Origin: Malacoraja senta
Lineage: Eukaryota
DNA: 61,023 nt
Direction: 5' to 3'
Assembly (NCBI GenBank): GCA_038087875.1
Contig: JAXLNO010000419.1
Span: forward strand, 1-61,023
The notes below the pieces were generated by a model. That model saw nothing but the letters and a program-made list of their open reading frames with translations, ran no database searches and had not been told where the DNA came from. Of this stretch, positions 24,463 to 37,356 are shown piece after piece; positions within the stretch are counted from its first letter, which is position 1, and the number at the start of each line of letters is the position of its first letter. The position numbers were made by a program, and so were the translations under genes.

Positions 24463-26189
24463 AGAGAAGAACGGGTAAAACAGGGTTGTTTCGGGTTTTC
24501 TGGTTTGTTATTCTAAAATTCCCTGTTTCCCCGCTTTCTCTTGTTTCACTCGTGTCTTTTCGCGTTTTCCAGATTTTTTGGGTTTTCGGCTTTTTCTCAT
24601 TTTCCCTATCTTTACCCGTTGTTCCCTATTTTCGCTCGTTTCTTCGGGTTTTTCTCGTTTTCTCGGGTTTTTTTTTCATTTTCCCTATATTTGCCCGTTG
24701 CTCTTTTTTCTCTGGTTTTTTTTTCTGTTTTTCGCATTTATTCGGATTTTCGGGTTCGGCTTTTTCTCATTTTCCCTGTCTTTACCCGTTGGTCCCTTTT
24801 TTCTCTCGTTTTTCTCGGGTTTTCGATTTTTCTCTCGTTTTTCTCGGGGTTTTTTCCATTTTCCCTGTTTGCCCGTTCCTCCTTTTTCTCTCGGTTTCTT
24901 TCTCTTTTTCGCATTTTGTCGAGTTTTCGGGTTCGAGTTTTTCTCATTTTCCCTGGTAAATACATGGAAAACGAGAAAACGCCGAACTAACCCTAACCCT
25001 AACCCTAACCCTAACCCTAACCCTAACCCTAACCCTAACCCTAACCCTAACCCTAACCCTAACCCTAACCCTAACCCTAACCCCTAACCCTAACCCTAAC
25101 CCCTAACCCTAACCCTAACCCTAAGCCTAAGCCTAAGCCTAAGCCTAAGCCTAAGCCTAAGCCTAAGCCTAAGCCTAAGCCTAAGCCTAAGCCTAAGCCT
25201 AAGCCTAAGCCTAAGCCTAAGCCTAAGCCTAAGCCTAAGCCTAAGCCTAAGCTTAAGCCTAAGCCTAAGCCTAACCCTAAGCCTAAGCCTAAGCCTAAGC
25301 CTAAGCCTAAGCCTAAGCCTAAGCCTAAGGCTAAGCCTAAGGCTAAGCCTAAGGCTAAGCCTAAGGCTAAGCCTAAGGCTAAGCCTAAGCCTAAGCCTAA
25401 GCCTAAGCCTAAGCCTAAGCCTAAGCCTAAGCCTAAGCCTAAGCCTAAGCCTAAGCCTAAGCCTAAGCCTAAGCCTAAGCCTAAGCCTAAGCCTAAGCCT
25501 AAGCCTAAGCCTAAGCCTAAGCCTAAGCCTAAGCCTAAGCCTAAGCCTAAGCCTAAGCTAAGCCTAAGCCTAAGCCTAAGAGAGAGAGAATGAGAAAACG
25601 CCGAACAAACCCGAAAAACAGAAAAAACCGAGAAAACCCAGAGAAAACCCCCAAAAAACGAGCAAAATAAGGGAACAACGGGAAAAGACAGGGAAAATGA
25701 GAAAAACACGAACAAACCCGATAACCCGAAATCCCGAAAAAAACCCGAAAACGGGAGAAGGAATCAGTGAAATAGGAGAAAACGGGCAAAAACAGGGAAA
25801 ATAAGAAAAACCCGAACAAACCAGAAAACCCGAAAAAAGAGAAGAACGGGTAAAACAGGGTTGTTTAGGGTTTTCTGGTTTTTTTTTTCTGTTTTTCGCA
25901 TATATTCGGGTTTTCGGGTTCGGCTTTTTCTCATTTTCCCTGTCTTTACCCGTTGGTCCCTTTTTTCTCTCGTTTTTCTCGGGTTTTCGATTTTTCTCTC
26001 GTTTTCTCGGGTTTTTTCGCTCGGGAAACGAGCGAAAAAAGGGAATAACGGGAAAAGACAGGGAAAATGAGATAACCCGGACAAAGCCGATAAAGCGAAA
26101 ACGCGAAAAGAAAGCAGTGAAATAGCAAAAACGCGAAAAGAAATGAGTGAAATAAGAAAAACCCGAACAAACCAGAAAACCCGAAAAAG
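24463..26189 (-). repeat. Inverted module 2: head 24463-24986, C-strand tract 24987-25579, tail 25580-~26017, extra inverted arm ~26027-26189
   Basis: Same entry junction as module 1, plus a fold-back arm. Confidence 0.92.
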
Positions 26190-27053
26190 TTTTACCCGTT
26201 CTTCTCCTTTTTCGGGTTTTCTGGTTTGTTCGGGTTTTTCTTATTTCACTCATTTCTTTTCGCGTTTTTGCTATTTCACTGATTTCTTTTCGCGTTTTCG
26301 GCTTATCGGCTTTGTTCGGGTTTATCTCATTTTCCCTGTCTTTTCCCGTTATTCCCTTTTTTCGCTCGTTTTTTTTAGGTTTTCTCTGAATTTTCTCGTT
26401 TTTATTTTCATTTCCGTTTTTTCCTGTTCCTCTCCATTTTCTCTCGTTTTTTTTTCTGTTTTTCGGGTTTGTTCGGCGTTTTCTCGTTTTCCATGTCTTT
26501 ACCCGTTGTTCCCAGGGAAAATGAGAAAAACTCGAACCCGAAAACCCGACAAAATGCGAAAAAGAGAAAGAAACCGAGAGAAAAAGGAGGAACGGGCAAA
26601 CAGGGAAAATGCAAAAAAACCCGAGAAAAACGAGAGAAAAATCGAAAACCCGAGAAAAACGAGAGAAAAAAGGGACCAACGGGTAAAGACAGGGAAAATG
26701 AGAAAAAGCCGAACCCGAAAACCCGAATATATGCGAAAAACAGAAAAAAAAAACAGAAAACCCTAAACAACCCTGTTTTACCCGTTCTTCTCTTTTTTCG
26801 GGTTTTCTGGTTTGTTCGGGTTTTTCTTATTTTCCCTGTTTTTGCCCGTTTTCTCCTATTTCACTGATTCCTTCTCCCGTTTTCGGGTTTTTTTCGGGAT
26901 TTCGGGTTATCGGGTTTGTTCGTGTTTTTCTCATTTTCCCTGTCTTTTCCCGTTGTTCCCTTATTTTGCTCGTTTTTTTGGGGGTTTTCTCTGGGTTTTC
27001 TCGGTTTTTTTCTGTTTTTCGGGTTTGTTCGGCGTTTTCTCATTCTCTCTCTC
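26190..27053 (+). repeat. Partial forward cassette
   Basis: Resumes at TTTTACCCGTTCTTCTCC and has the canonical end. Confidence 0.9.
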
Positions 27054-27345
27054 TTAGGCTTAGGCTTAGGCTTAGGCTTAGGCTTAGGCTTAGGCTTAGG
27101 CTTAGGCTTAGGCTTAGGCTTAGGCTTAGGCTTAGGCTTAGGCTTAGGCTTAGGCTTAGGCTTAGGCTTAGGCTTAGGCTTAGGCTTAGGCTTAGGCTTA
27201 GGGTTAGGGTTAGGGTTAGGGTTAGGGTTAGGGTTAGGGTTAGGGTTAGGGTTAGGGTTAGGGTTAGGGTTAGGGTTAGGGTTAGGGTTAGGGTTAGGGT
27301 TAGGGTTAGGGTTAGGGTTAGGGTTAGGGTTAGGGTTAGGGTTAG
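27054..27345 (+). repeat. Spacer tract (TTAGGC)n then (TTAGGG)n
   Basis: TTAGGG from ~27198. Confidence 0.97.
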
Positions 27346-29340
27346 TTCGGCGTTTTCTCGTTTTCCATGTATTTACCAGGGAAAATGAGAAAAACTCGAA
27401 CCGAAAACTCGACAAAATGCGAAAAAGAGAAAGAAACCGAGAGAAAAAGGAGGAACGGGCAAACAGGGAAAATGGAAAAAACCCCGTGAAAAACGAGAGA
27501 AAAATCGAAAACCCGAGAAAAACGAGAGAAAAAAGGGACCAACGGGTAATGACAGGGAAAATGAGAAAAAGCCGAACCCGAAAATCCGAATAAATGCGAA
27601 AAACAGAAAAAAAAAACGAGAGAAAAAAGAGCAACGGGCAAATATAGGGAAAATGAAAAAAACCCCGAAAAAAACGAGAAAAACCCGAAGAAACGAGCGA
27701 AAATAGGGAACAACGGGTAAAGATAGGGAAAATGAGAAAAAGCCGAAAACCCAAAAAATCTGAAAACGCGAAAAGACACGAGTGAAACAAGAGAAAGCGG
27801 GGAAACAGGGAATTTTAGAATAACAAACCAGAAAACCCGAAACAACCCTGTTTTACCCGTTCTTCTCTTATTTCGGGTTTTCTGGTTTGTTCGGGTTTTT
27901 CTTGTTTTCCCTGTTTTTGCCCGTTTTGTCTTATTTCACTCATTTCTTTTCGCGTTTTCGGGTTTTTTCGGGTTTTCGGGTTATCGGGTTTGTTCGGATT
28001 TTTCTCATTTTCCCTCTTTTCCCTTTTTTTCGCTCGTTTTTTTTTAGGTTTTCTCTGGATTTTCTCGTTTTTATTTTCATTTCCCTGTTTTTTCCTGTTC
28101 CTCTCTTTTTTCTCTCGTTTATTTTTCTTTTTCGGGTTTGTTCGGCGTTTTCTCGTTTTCCATGTCTTTACCCGTTGTTCCCAGGGAAAATGAGAAAATC
28201 CCGAACCCGAAACCCGAATAAATGCGAAAAACAGAAAAAAAAAACGAGACAAAAAAGAGGAACGGGCAAATATAGGGAAAATGAAAAAAACTCCGAGAAA
28301 AACGAGAGAAAACCCGAAGAAACGAGCGAAAATAGGGAACAACGGGTAAAGACAGGGAAAATGAGAAAAAGCCGAAAACCCAAAAAATCTGAAAACGCGA
28401 ATAGACAGGAGTGAAACAAGAGAAAGCGGGCAAAAACAGGGAAAATTAGAATAACAAACCAGAAAACCCGAAACAACCCTGTTTTACCCGTTCTTCTCCT
28501 TTTTCGGGTTTTCTGGTTTGTTCGGTTTTTCTTATTTCACTCATTTCTTTTCGCGTTTTTGCTATTTCACTCATTTCTTTGCGCGTTTTCGGCTTATCGG
28601 CTTTGTTCGGGTTGATCTCATTTTCCCTGTCTTTTCCCGTTATTCCCTTTTTTCGCTCGTTTTTTTTAGGTTTTCTCTGGATTTTCTCGTTTTTATTTTC
28701 ATTTCCGTTTTTTCCTGTTCCTCTCCATTTTCTCTCGTTTTTTTTCTGTTTTTTCGGGTTTGTTCGGCGTTTTCTCGTTTTCCATGTCTTTACCCGTTGT
28801 TCCCAGGGAAAATGAGAAAAACTCGAACCCGAAAACCCGACAAATTGCGAAAAAGAGAAAGAAACCGAGAGAAAAAGGAGGAACGGGCAAACAGGGAAAA
28901 TGCAAAAAACCCCGAGAAAAACGAGAGAAAAATCGAAAACCCGAGAAAAACGAGAGAAAAAAGGGACCAACGGGTAAAGACAGGGAAAATGAGAAAAAGC
29001 CGAACCCGAAAACCCGAATATATGCGAAAAACAGAAAAAAAACCAGAAAACCCTAAACAACCCTGTTTTACCCGTTCTTCTCTTTTTTCGGGTTTTTCTG
29101 GTTTGTTCGGGTTTTCTTATTTTCCCTGTTTTTGCCCGTTTTCTCCTATTTCACTGATTCCTTCTCCCGTTTTCGGGTTTTTTCGGGATTTCGGGTTATC
29201 GGGTTTGTTCGTGTTTTTCTCATTTTCCCTGTCTTTTCCCGTTGTTCCCTTATTTTGCTCGTTTTTTGGGGGTTTTCTCCGGGTTTTCTCGGTTTTTTCT
29301 GTTTTTCGGGTTTGTTCGGCGTTTTCTCATTCTCTCTCTC
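27346..29340 (+). repeat. Full-length cassette
   Basis: Canonical termini; haplotype as 21782-23781. Confidence 0.95.
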
Positions 29341-30070
29341 TTAGGCTTAGGCTTAGGCCTAGGCTTAGGCTTAGGCTTAGGCTTAGGCTTAGGCTTAGGC
29401 TTAGGCTTAGGCTTAGGGCTTAGGCTTAGGCTTAGGCTTAGGCTTAGGCTTAGGCTTAGGCTTAGGCTTAGGCTTAGGCTTAGGCTTTGGCTTTGGCTTT
29501 GGCTTTGGCTTTGGCTTTGGCTTTGGCTTTGGCTTTGGCTTTGGCTTTGGCTTTGGCTTTGGCTTAGGCTTAGGCTTAGGCTTAGGCTTAGGCTTAGGCT
29601 TAGGCTTAGGCTTAGGCTTAGGCTTAGGCTTAGCTTTAGGCTTAAGCTTAAGCTTAAGCTTAGGCTTAGGCTTAGGCTTAGGCTTAGGCTTAGGCTTAGG
29701 CTTAGGCTTAGGCTTAGGCTTAGGCTTAGGCTTAGGCTTAGGCTTAGGCTTAGGCTTAGGCTTAGGCTTAGGCTTAGGCTTAGGCTTAGGCTTAGGCTTT
29801 GGCTTTGGCTTTGGCTTTGGCTTTGGCTTTGGCTTTGGCTTTGGCTTTGGCTTTGGCTTTGGCTTTGGCTTTGGCTTTGGCTTTGGCTTTGGCTTTGGCT
29901 TTGGCTTTGGCTTAGGCTTAGGCTTAGGCTTAGGCTTAGGCTTAGGCTTAGGCTTAGGCTTAGGCTTAGGCTTAGGCTTAGGCTTAGGCTTAGGCTTAGG
30001 CTTAGCCTTAGGCTTAGGCTTAGGCTTAGGCTTAGGCTTAGGCTTAGGCTTAGGCTTAGGGTTAGGGTTA
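29341..30070 (+). repeat. Mixed TTAGGC/TTTGGC tract ending at an inversion junction
   Basis: Same marker order as 23782-24462. Confidence 0.95.
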
Positions 30071-31102
30071 AGAGAAGAACGGGTAAAACAGGGTTGTTTC
30101 GGGTTTTCTGGTTTGTTATTCTAAAATTCCCTGTTTCCCCGCTTTCTCTTGTTTCACTCGTGTCTTTTCGCGTTTTCAGATTTTTTGGGTTTTCGGCTTT
30201 TCTCATTTTCCCTATCTTTACCCGTTGTTCCCTATTTTCGCTCGTTTCTTCGGGTTTTCTCGTTTTTCTCGGTTTTTTTTTCATTTTCCCTATAGTTGCC
30301 CGTTGCTCTTTTTTCTCTCGTTTTTTTTTCTGTTTTTCGCATTTATTCGGATTTTCGGGTTCGGCTTTTTCTCATTTTCCCTGTCTTTACCCGTTGGTCC
30401 CTTTTTTCTCTCGTTTTTCTCGGGTTTTCGATTTTTCTCTCGTTTTTCTCGGGGTTTTTTCCATTTTCCCTGTTTGCCCGTTCCTCCTTTTTCTCTCGGT
30501 TTCTTTCTCTTTTTCGCATTTTGTCGAGTTTTCGGGTTCGAGTTTTTCTCATTTTCCCTGGTAAATACATGGAAAACGAGAAAACGCCGAACTAACCCTA
30601 ACCCTAACCCTAACCCTAACCCTACCCCTACGCTAACCCTAACCCTAACCCTAACCCTAACCCTAACCCTAACCCTAACCCTAACCCTAACCCTAACCCT
30701 AACCCTAACCCTAACCCTAACACTAACCCTAAGCCTAAGCCTAAGCCTAAGCCTAAGCCTAAGCCTAAGCCTAAGCCTAAGCCTAAGCCTAAGACTAAGC
30801 CTAAGCCTAAGCCTAAGCCTAAGCCTAAGCCTAAGCCTAAGCCTAAGCCTAAGCCTAAGCCTAAGCCTAAGCCTAAGCCTAACCCTAACCCTAAGCCTAA
30901 GCCTAAGCCTAAGCCTAAGCCTAAGCCTAAGGCTAAGCCTAAGACTAAGCCTAAGCCTAAGCCTAAGCCTAAGCCTAAGCCTAAGCCTAAGCCTAAGCCT
31001 AAGCCTAAGCCTAAGCCTAAGCCTAAGCCTAAACCTAAGCCTAAGCCTAAGCCTAAGCCTAAGCCTAAGCCTAAGCCTAAGCCTAAGCCTAAGCCTAAGC
31101 CT
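30071..31102 (-). repeat. Inverted module 3: head 30071-30591 and C-strand tract 30592-31102 (no inverted tail)
   Basis: GCCTAA tract joins forward cassette directly: AAGCCT|CGAGAGAAAAATCG. Confidence 0.93.
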
Positions 31103-31520
31103 CGAGAGAAAAATCGAAAACCCGAGAAAAACGAGAGAAAAAAGGGACCAACGGGTAAAGACAGGGAAAATGAGAAAAAGCCGAACCCGAAAACCCGAAT
31201 ATATGCGAAAAACAGAAAAAAAACCCAGAAAACCCTAAACAACCCTGTTTACCCGTTCTTCTCTTTTTTCGGGTTTTCTGGTTTGTTCGGGTTTTTCTTA
31301 TTTTCCCTGTTTTTGCCCGTTTTCTCCTATTTCACTGATTCCTTCTCCCGTTTTCGGGTTTTTTCGGGATTTCGGGTTATCGGGTTTGTTCGTGTTTTTC
31401 TCATTTTCCCTGTCTTTTCCCGTTGTTCCCTTATTTTGCTCGTTTTTGGGGGTTTTCTCTGGGTTTTCTCGGTTTTTTCTGTTTTTCGGGTTTGTTCGGC
31501 GTTTTCTCATTCTCTCTCTC
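31103..31520 (+). repeat. Partial forward cassette (distal ~420 bp)
   Basis: Sub-monomer 3 fragment with the canonical end. Confidence 0.9.
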
Positions 31521-31827
31521 TTAGGCTTAGGCTTAGGCCTAGGCTTAGGCTAGGCTTAGGCTTAGGCTTAGGCTTAGGCTTAGGCTTAGGCTTAGGCTTA
31601 GGCTTAGGCCTTAGGCTTAGGCTTAGGCTTAGGCTTAGGCTTAGGCTTAGGCTTAGGCTTAGGCTTAGGGTTAGGGTTAGGGTTAGGGTTAGGGTTAGGG
31701 TTAGGGTTAGGGTTAGGGTTAGGGTTAGGGTTAGGGTTGGGAGGGTTAGGGTTAGGGTTAGGGTTAGGGTTAGGGTTAGGGTTAGGGTTAGGGTTAGGGT
31801 TAGGGTTAGGGTTAGGGTTAGGGTTAG
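31521..31827 (+). repeat. Spacer tract (TTAGGC)n then (TTAGGG)n
   Basis: Hexamer repeats read directly. Confidence 0.97.
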
Positions 31828-33819
31828 TTCGGCGTTTTCTCGTTTTCCATGTATTTACCAGGGAAAATGAGAAAAATTCGAACCCGAAAACTCGACAAAA
31901 TGCGAAAAAGAGAAAGAAACCGAGAGAAAAAGGAGGAACGGGCAAACAGGGAAAATGGAAAAACCCCGTGAAAAACGAGAGAAAAATCGAAAACCCGAGA
32001 AAAACGAGAGAAAAAAGGGACCAACGGGTAAAGACAGGGAAAATGAGAAAAAGCCGAACCCGAAAATCCGAATAAATGCGAAAAACAGAAAAAAAAACGA
32101 GAGAAAAAAGAGCAACGGGCAAATATAGGGAAAATGAAAAAAACCCCGAGAAAAACGAGAAAAACCCGAAGAAACGAGCGAAAATAGGGAACAACGGGTA
32201 AAGATAGGGAAAATGAGAAAAAGCCGAAAACCCAAAAAATCTGAAAACGCGAAAAGACACGAGTGAAACAAGAGAAAGCGGGGAAACAGGGAATTTTAGA
32301 ATAACAAACCAGAAAACCCGAAACAACCCTGTTTTACCCGTTCTTCTCTTATTTCGGGTTTTCTGGTTTGTTCGGGTTTTTCTTGTTTTCCCTGTTTTTG
32401 CCCGTTTTGTCTTATTTCACTCATTTCTTTTCGCGTTTTCGGGTTTTTTTCGGGTTTTCGGGTTATCGGGTTTGTTCGGATTTTTCTCATTTTCCCTCTT
32501 TTCCCTTTTTTCGCTCGTTTTTTTTAGGTTTTCTCTGGATTTTCTCGTTTTTATTTTCATTTCCCTGTTTTTTCCTGTTCCTCTCTTTTTCTCTCGTTTA
32601 TTTTTCTTTTTCGGGTTTGTTCGGCGTTTTCTCGTTTTCCATGTCTTTACCCGTTGTTCCCAGGGAAAATGAGAAAATCCCGAACCCGAAAACCCGAATA
32701 AATGCGAAAAACAGAAAAAAAACGAGACAAAAAAGAGGAACGGGCAAATATAGGGAAAATGAAAAAAAACTCCGAGAAAAACGAGAGAAAACCCGAAGAA
32801 ACGAGCGAAAATAGGGAACAACGGGTAAAGACAGGGAAAATGAGAAAAAGCCGAAAACCCAAAAAATCTGAAAACGCGAATAGACAGGAGTGAAACAAGA
32901 GAAAGCGGGCAAAAACAGGGAAAATTAGAATAACAAACCAGAAAACCCGAAACAACCCTGTTTTACCCCGTTCTTCTCCTTTTTCGGGTTTTCTGTTTGT
33001 TCGGGTTTTTCTTATTTCACTCATTTCTTTTCGCGTTTTTGCTATTTCACTCATTTCTTTTCGCGTTTTCGGCTTATCGGCTTTGTTCGGGTTTATCTCA
33101 TTTTCCCTGTCTTTTCCCGTTATTCCCTTTTTTCGCTCGTTTTTTTTAGGTTTTCTCTGGATTTTCTCGTTTTTATTTTCATTTCCGTTTTTTCCTGTTC
33201 CTCTCCATTTTCTCTCGTTTTTTTCTGTTTTTCGGGTTTGTTCGGCGTTTTCTCGTTTTCCATGTCTTTACCCGTTGTTCCCAGGGAAAATGAGAAAAAC
33301 TCGAACCCGAAAACCCGACAAAATGCGAAAAAGAGAAAGAAACCGAGAGAAAAAGGAGGAACGGGCAAACAGGGAAAATGCAAAAAACCCCGAGAAAAAC
33401 GAGAGAAAAATCGAAAACCCGAGAAAAACGAGAGAAAAAAGGGACCAACGGGTAAAGACAGGGAAAATGAGAAAAAGCCGAACCCGAAAACCCGAATATA
33501 TGCGAAAAACAGAAAAAAAACCCAGAAAACCCTAAACAACCCTGTTTTACCCGTTCTTCTCTTTTTTCGGGTTTTCTGGTTTGTTCGGGTTTTTCTTATT
33601 TTCCCTGTTTTTGCCCGTTTTCTCCTATTTCACTGATTCCTTCTCCCGTTTTCGGTTTTTTTCGGGATTTCGGGTTATCGGGTTTGTTCGTGTTTTTCTC
33701 ATTTTCCCTGTCTTTTCCCGTTGTTCCCTTATTTTGCTCGTTTTTTGGGGGTTTTCTCTGGGTTTTCTCGGTTTTTTCTGTTTTTCGGGTTTGTTCGGCG
33801 TTTTCTCATTCTCTCTCTC
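31828..33819 (+). repeat. Full-length cassette
   Basis: Canonical termini. Confidence 0.95.
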
Positions 33820-34729
33820 TTAGGCTTAGGCTTAGGCCTAGGCTTGGGCTTGGGCTTAGGCTTAGGCTTAGGCTTAGGCTTAGGCTTAGGCTTAGGCTTA
33901 GGCTTAGGCTTAGGCTTAGGCTTAGGCTTAGGCTTAGGCTTAGGCTTAGGCTTAGGCTTAGGTTTAGGCTTAGGCTTAGGCTTAGGCTTAGGCTTAGGCT
34001 TAGGCTTAGGCTTAGGCTTAGGCTTAGGCTTAGGCTTAGGCTTAGGCTTAGGCTTAGGCTTAGGCTTTGGCTTTGGCTTTGGCTTTGGCTTTGGCTTTGG
34101 CTTTGGCTTTGGCTTTGGCTTTGGCTTTGGCTTTGGCTTTGGCTTTGGCTTTGGCTTTGGCTTTGGCTTTGGCTTTGGCTTTGGCTTTGGCTTTGGCTTT
34201 GGCTTTGGCTTTGGCTTTGGCTTTGGCTTTGGCTTTGGCTTTGGCTTTGGCTTTGGCTTTGGCTTTGGCTTTGGCTTTGGCTTTGGCTTTGGCTTTGGCT
34301 TTGGCTTTGGCTTTGGCTTTGGCTTTGGCTTTGGCTTTGGCTTTGGCTTTGGCTTTGGCTTTGGCTTTGGCTTTGGCTTTGGCTTTGGCTTTGGCTTTGG
34401 CTTTGGCTTTGGCTTTGGCTTTGGCTTTGGCTTTGGCTTTGGCTTTGGCTTTGGCTTTGGCTTAGGCTTAGGCTTAGGCTTAGGCTTAGGCTTAGGCTTA
34501 GGCTTAGGCTTAGGCTTAGGCTTAGGCTTAGGCTTAGGCTTAGGCTTAGGCTTAGGCTTAGGCTTAGGCTTAGACTTAGGCTTAGGCTTAGGCTTAGGGT
34601 TAGGGTTAGGGTTAGGGTTAGGGTTAGGGTTAGGGTTAGGGTTAGGGTTAGGGTTAGGGTTAGGGTTAGGGTTAGGGTTAGGGTTAGGGTTAGGGTTAGG
34701 GTTAGGGTTAGGGTTAGGGTTAGGGTTAG
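33820..34729 (+). repeat. Spacer tract TTAGGC/TTTGGC/TTAGGC/TTAGGG
   Basis: TTTGGC ~34066-34461; TTAGGG from ~34594. Confidence 0.97.
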
Positions 34730-36722
34730 TTCGGCGTTTTCTCGTTTTCCATGTATTTACCAGGGAAAATGAGAAAAACTCGAACCCGAAAACTCGACAA
34801 AATGCGAAAAAGAGAAAGAAACCGAGAGAAAAAGGAGGAACGGGCAAACAGGGGAAATGGAAAAAACCCCGAGAAAAACGAGAGAAAAATCGAAAACCCG
34901 AGAAAAACGAGAGAAAAAAGGGACCAACGGGTAAAGACAGGGAAAATGAGAAAAAGCCGAACCCGAAAATCCGAATAAATGCGAAAAACAGAAAAAAAAA
35001 CGAGAGAAAAAAGAGCAACGGGCAAATATAGGGAAAATGAAAAAAACCCCGAGAAAAACGAGAAAAACCCGAAGAAACGAGCGAAAATAGGGAACAACGG
35101 GTAAAGATAGGGAAAATGAGAAAAAGCCGAAAACCCAAAAAATCTGAAAACGCGAAAAGACACGAGTGAAACAAGAGAAAGCGGGGAAACAGGGAATTTT
35201 AGAATAACAAACCAGAAAACCCGAAACAACCCTGTTTTACCCGTTCTTCTCTTATTTCGGGTTTTCTGGTTTGTTCGGGTTTTTCTTGTTTTCCCTGTTT
35301 TTGCCCGTTTTGTCTTATTTCACTCATTTCTTTTCGCGTTTTCGGGTTTTTTCGGGTTTTCGGGTTATCGGGTTTGTTCGGATTTTTCTCATTTTCCCTC
35401 TTTTCCCTTTTTTCGCTCGTTTTTTTTAGGTTTTCTCTGGATTTTCTCGTTTTTATTTTCATTTCCCTGTTTTTTCCTGTTCCTCTCTTTTTTCTCTCGT
35501 TTATTTTTCTTTTTCGTGTTTGTTCGGCGTTTTCTCGTTTTCCATGTCTTTACCCGTTGTTCCCAGGGAAAATGAGAAAATCCCGAACCCGAAAACCCGA
35601 ATAAATGCGAAAAACAGAAAAAAAAACGAGACAAAAAAGAGGAACGGGCAAATATAGGGAAAATGAAAAAAACTCCGAGAAAAACGAGAGAAAACCCGAA
35701 GAAACGAGCGAAAATAGGGAACAACGGGTAAAGACAGGGAAAATGAGAAAAAGCCGAAAACCCAAAAAATCTGAAAACGCGAATAGACAGGAGTGAAACA
35801 AGAGAAAGCGGGCAAAAACAGGGAAAATTAGAATAACAAACCAGAAAACCCGAAACAACCCTGTTTTACCCGTTCTTCTCCTTTTTCGGGTTTTCTGGTT
35901 TGTTCGGGTTTTTCTTATTTCACTCATTTCTTTTCGCGTTTTTGCTATTTCACTCATTTCTTTTCGCGTTTTCGGCTTATCGGCTTTGTTCGGGTTTATC
36001 TCATTTTCCCTGTCTTTTCCCGTTATTCCCTTTTTTCGCTCGTTTTTTTTAGGTTTTCTCTGGATTTTCTCGTTTTTATTTTCATTTCCGTTTTTTCCTG
36101 TTCCTCTCCATTTTCTCTCGTTTTTTTCTGTTTTTCGGGTTTGTTCGGCGTTTTCTCGTTTTCCATGTCTTTACCCGTTGTTCCCAGGGAAAATGAGAAA
36201 AACTCGAACCCGAAAACCCGACAAAATGCGAAAAAGAGAAAGAACGAGAGAAAAAGGAGGAACGGGCAAACAGGGAAAATGCAAAAAACCCCGAGAAAAA
36301 CGAGAGAAAAATCGAAAACCCGAGAAAAACGAGAGAAAAAAGGGACCAACGGGTAAAGACAGGGAAAATGAGAAAAAGCCGAACCCGAAAACCCGAATAT
36401 ATGCGAAAAACAGAAAAAAAACCTAGAAAACCCTAAACAACCCTGTTTTACCCGTTCTTCTCTTTTTTCGGGTTTTCTGGTTTGTTCGGGTTTGTCTTAT
36501 TTTCCCTGTTTTTGCCCGTTTTCTCCTATTTCACTGATTCCTTCTCCCGTTTTCGGGTTTTTTCGGGATTTCGGGTTATCGGGTTTGTTCGTGTTTTTCT
36601 CATTTTCCCTGTCTTTTCCCGTTGTTCCCTTATTTTGCTCGTTTTTTTGGGGTTTTCTCTGGGTTTTCTCGGTTTTTTCTGTTTTTCGGGTTTGTTCGGC
36701 GTTTTCTCATTCTCTCTCTCTC
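34730..36722 (+). repeat. Full-length cassette
   Basis: Canonical termini. Confidence 0.95.
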
Positions 36723-37356
36723 TTAGGCTTAGGCTTAGGCCTAGGCCTAGGCTTAGGCTTAGGCTTAGGCTTAGGCTTAGGCTTAGGCTTAGGCTTAGGC
36801 TTAGGCTTAGGCTTAGGCTTAGGCTTAGGCTTAGGCTTAGGCTTAGGCTTAGGCTTAGGCTTAGGCTTAGGCTTAGGCTTAGGCTTAGGCTTAGGCTTAG
36901 GCTTAGGCTTAGGCTTAGGCTTAGGCTTAGGCTTAGGCTTAGGCTTAGGTTTAGGTATAGGCTTAGGCTTAGGCTTAGGCTTAGGCTTTGGCTTTGGCTT
37001 TGGCTTTGGCTTTGGCTTTGGCTTTGGCTTTGGCTTTGGCTTTGGCTTTGGCTTTGGCTTTGGCTTTGGCTTTGGCTTTGGCTTTGGCTTTGGCTTTGGC
37101 TTTGGCTTTGGCTTAGGCTTAGGCTTAGGCTTAGGCTTAGGCTTAGGCTTAGGCTTAGGCTTAGGCTTAGGCTTAGGCTTAGGCTTAGGCTTAGGCTTAG
37201 GCTTAGGGTTAGGGTTAGGGTTAGGGTTAGGGTTAGGGTTAGGGTTAGGGTTAGGGTTAGGGTTAGGGTTAGGGTTAGGGTTAGGGTTAGGGTTAGGGTT
37301 AGGGTTAGGGTTAGGGTTAGGGTTAGGGTTAGGGTTAGGGTTAGGGTTAGGGTTAG
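36723..37356 (+). repeat. Spacer tract TTAGGC/TTTGGC/TTAGGC/TTAGGG
   Basis: TTAGGG from ~37203. Confidence 0.97.
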
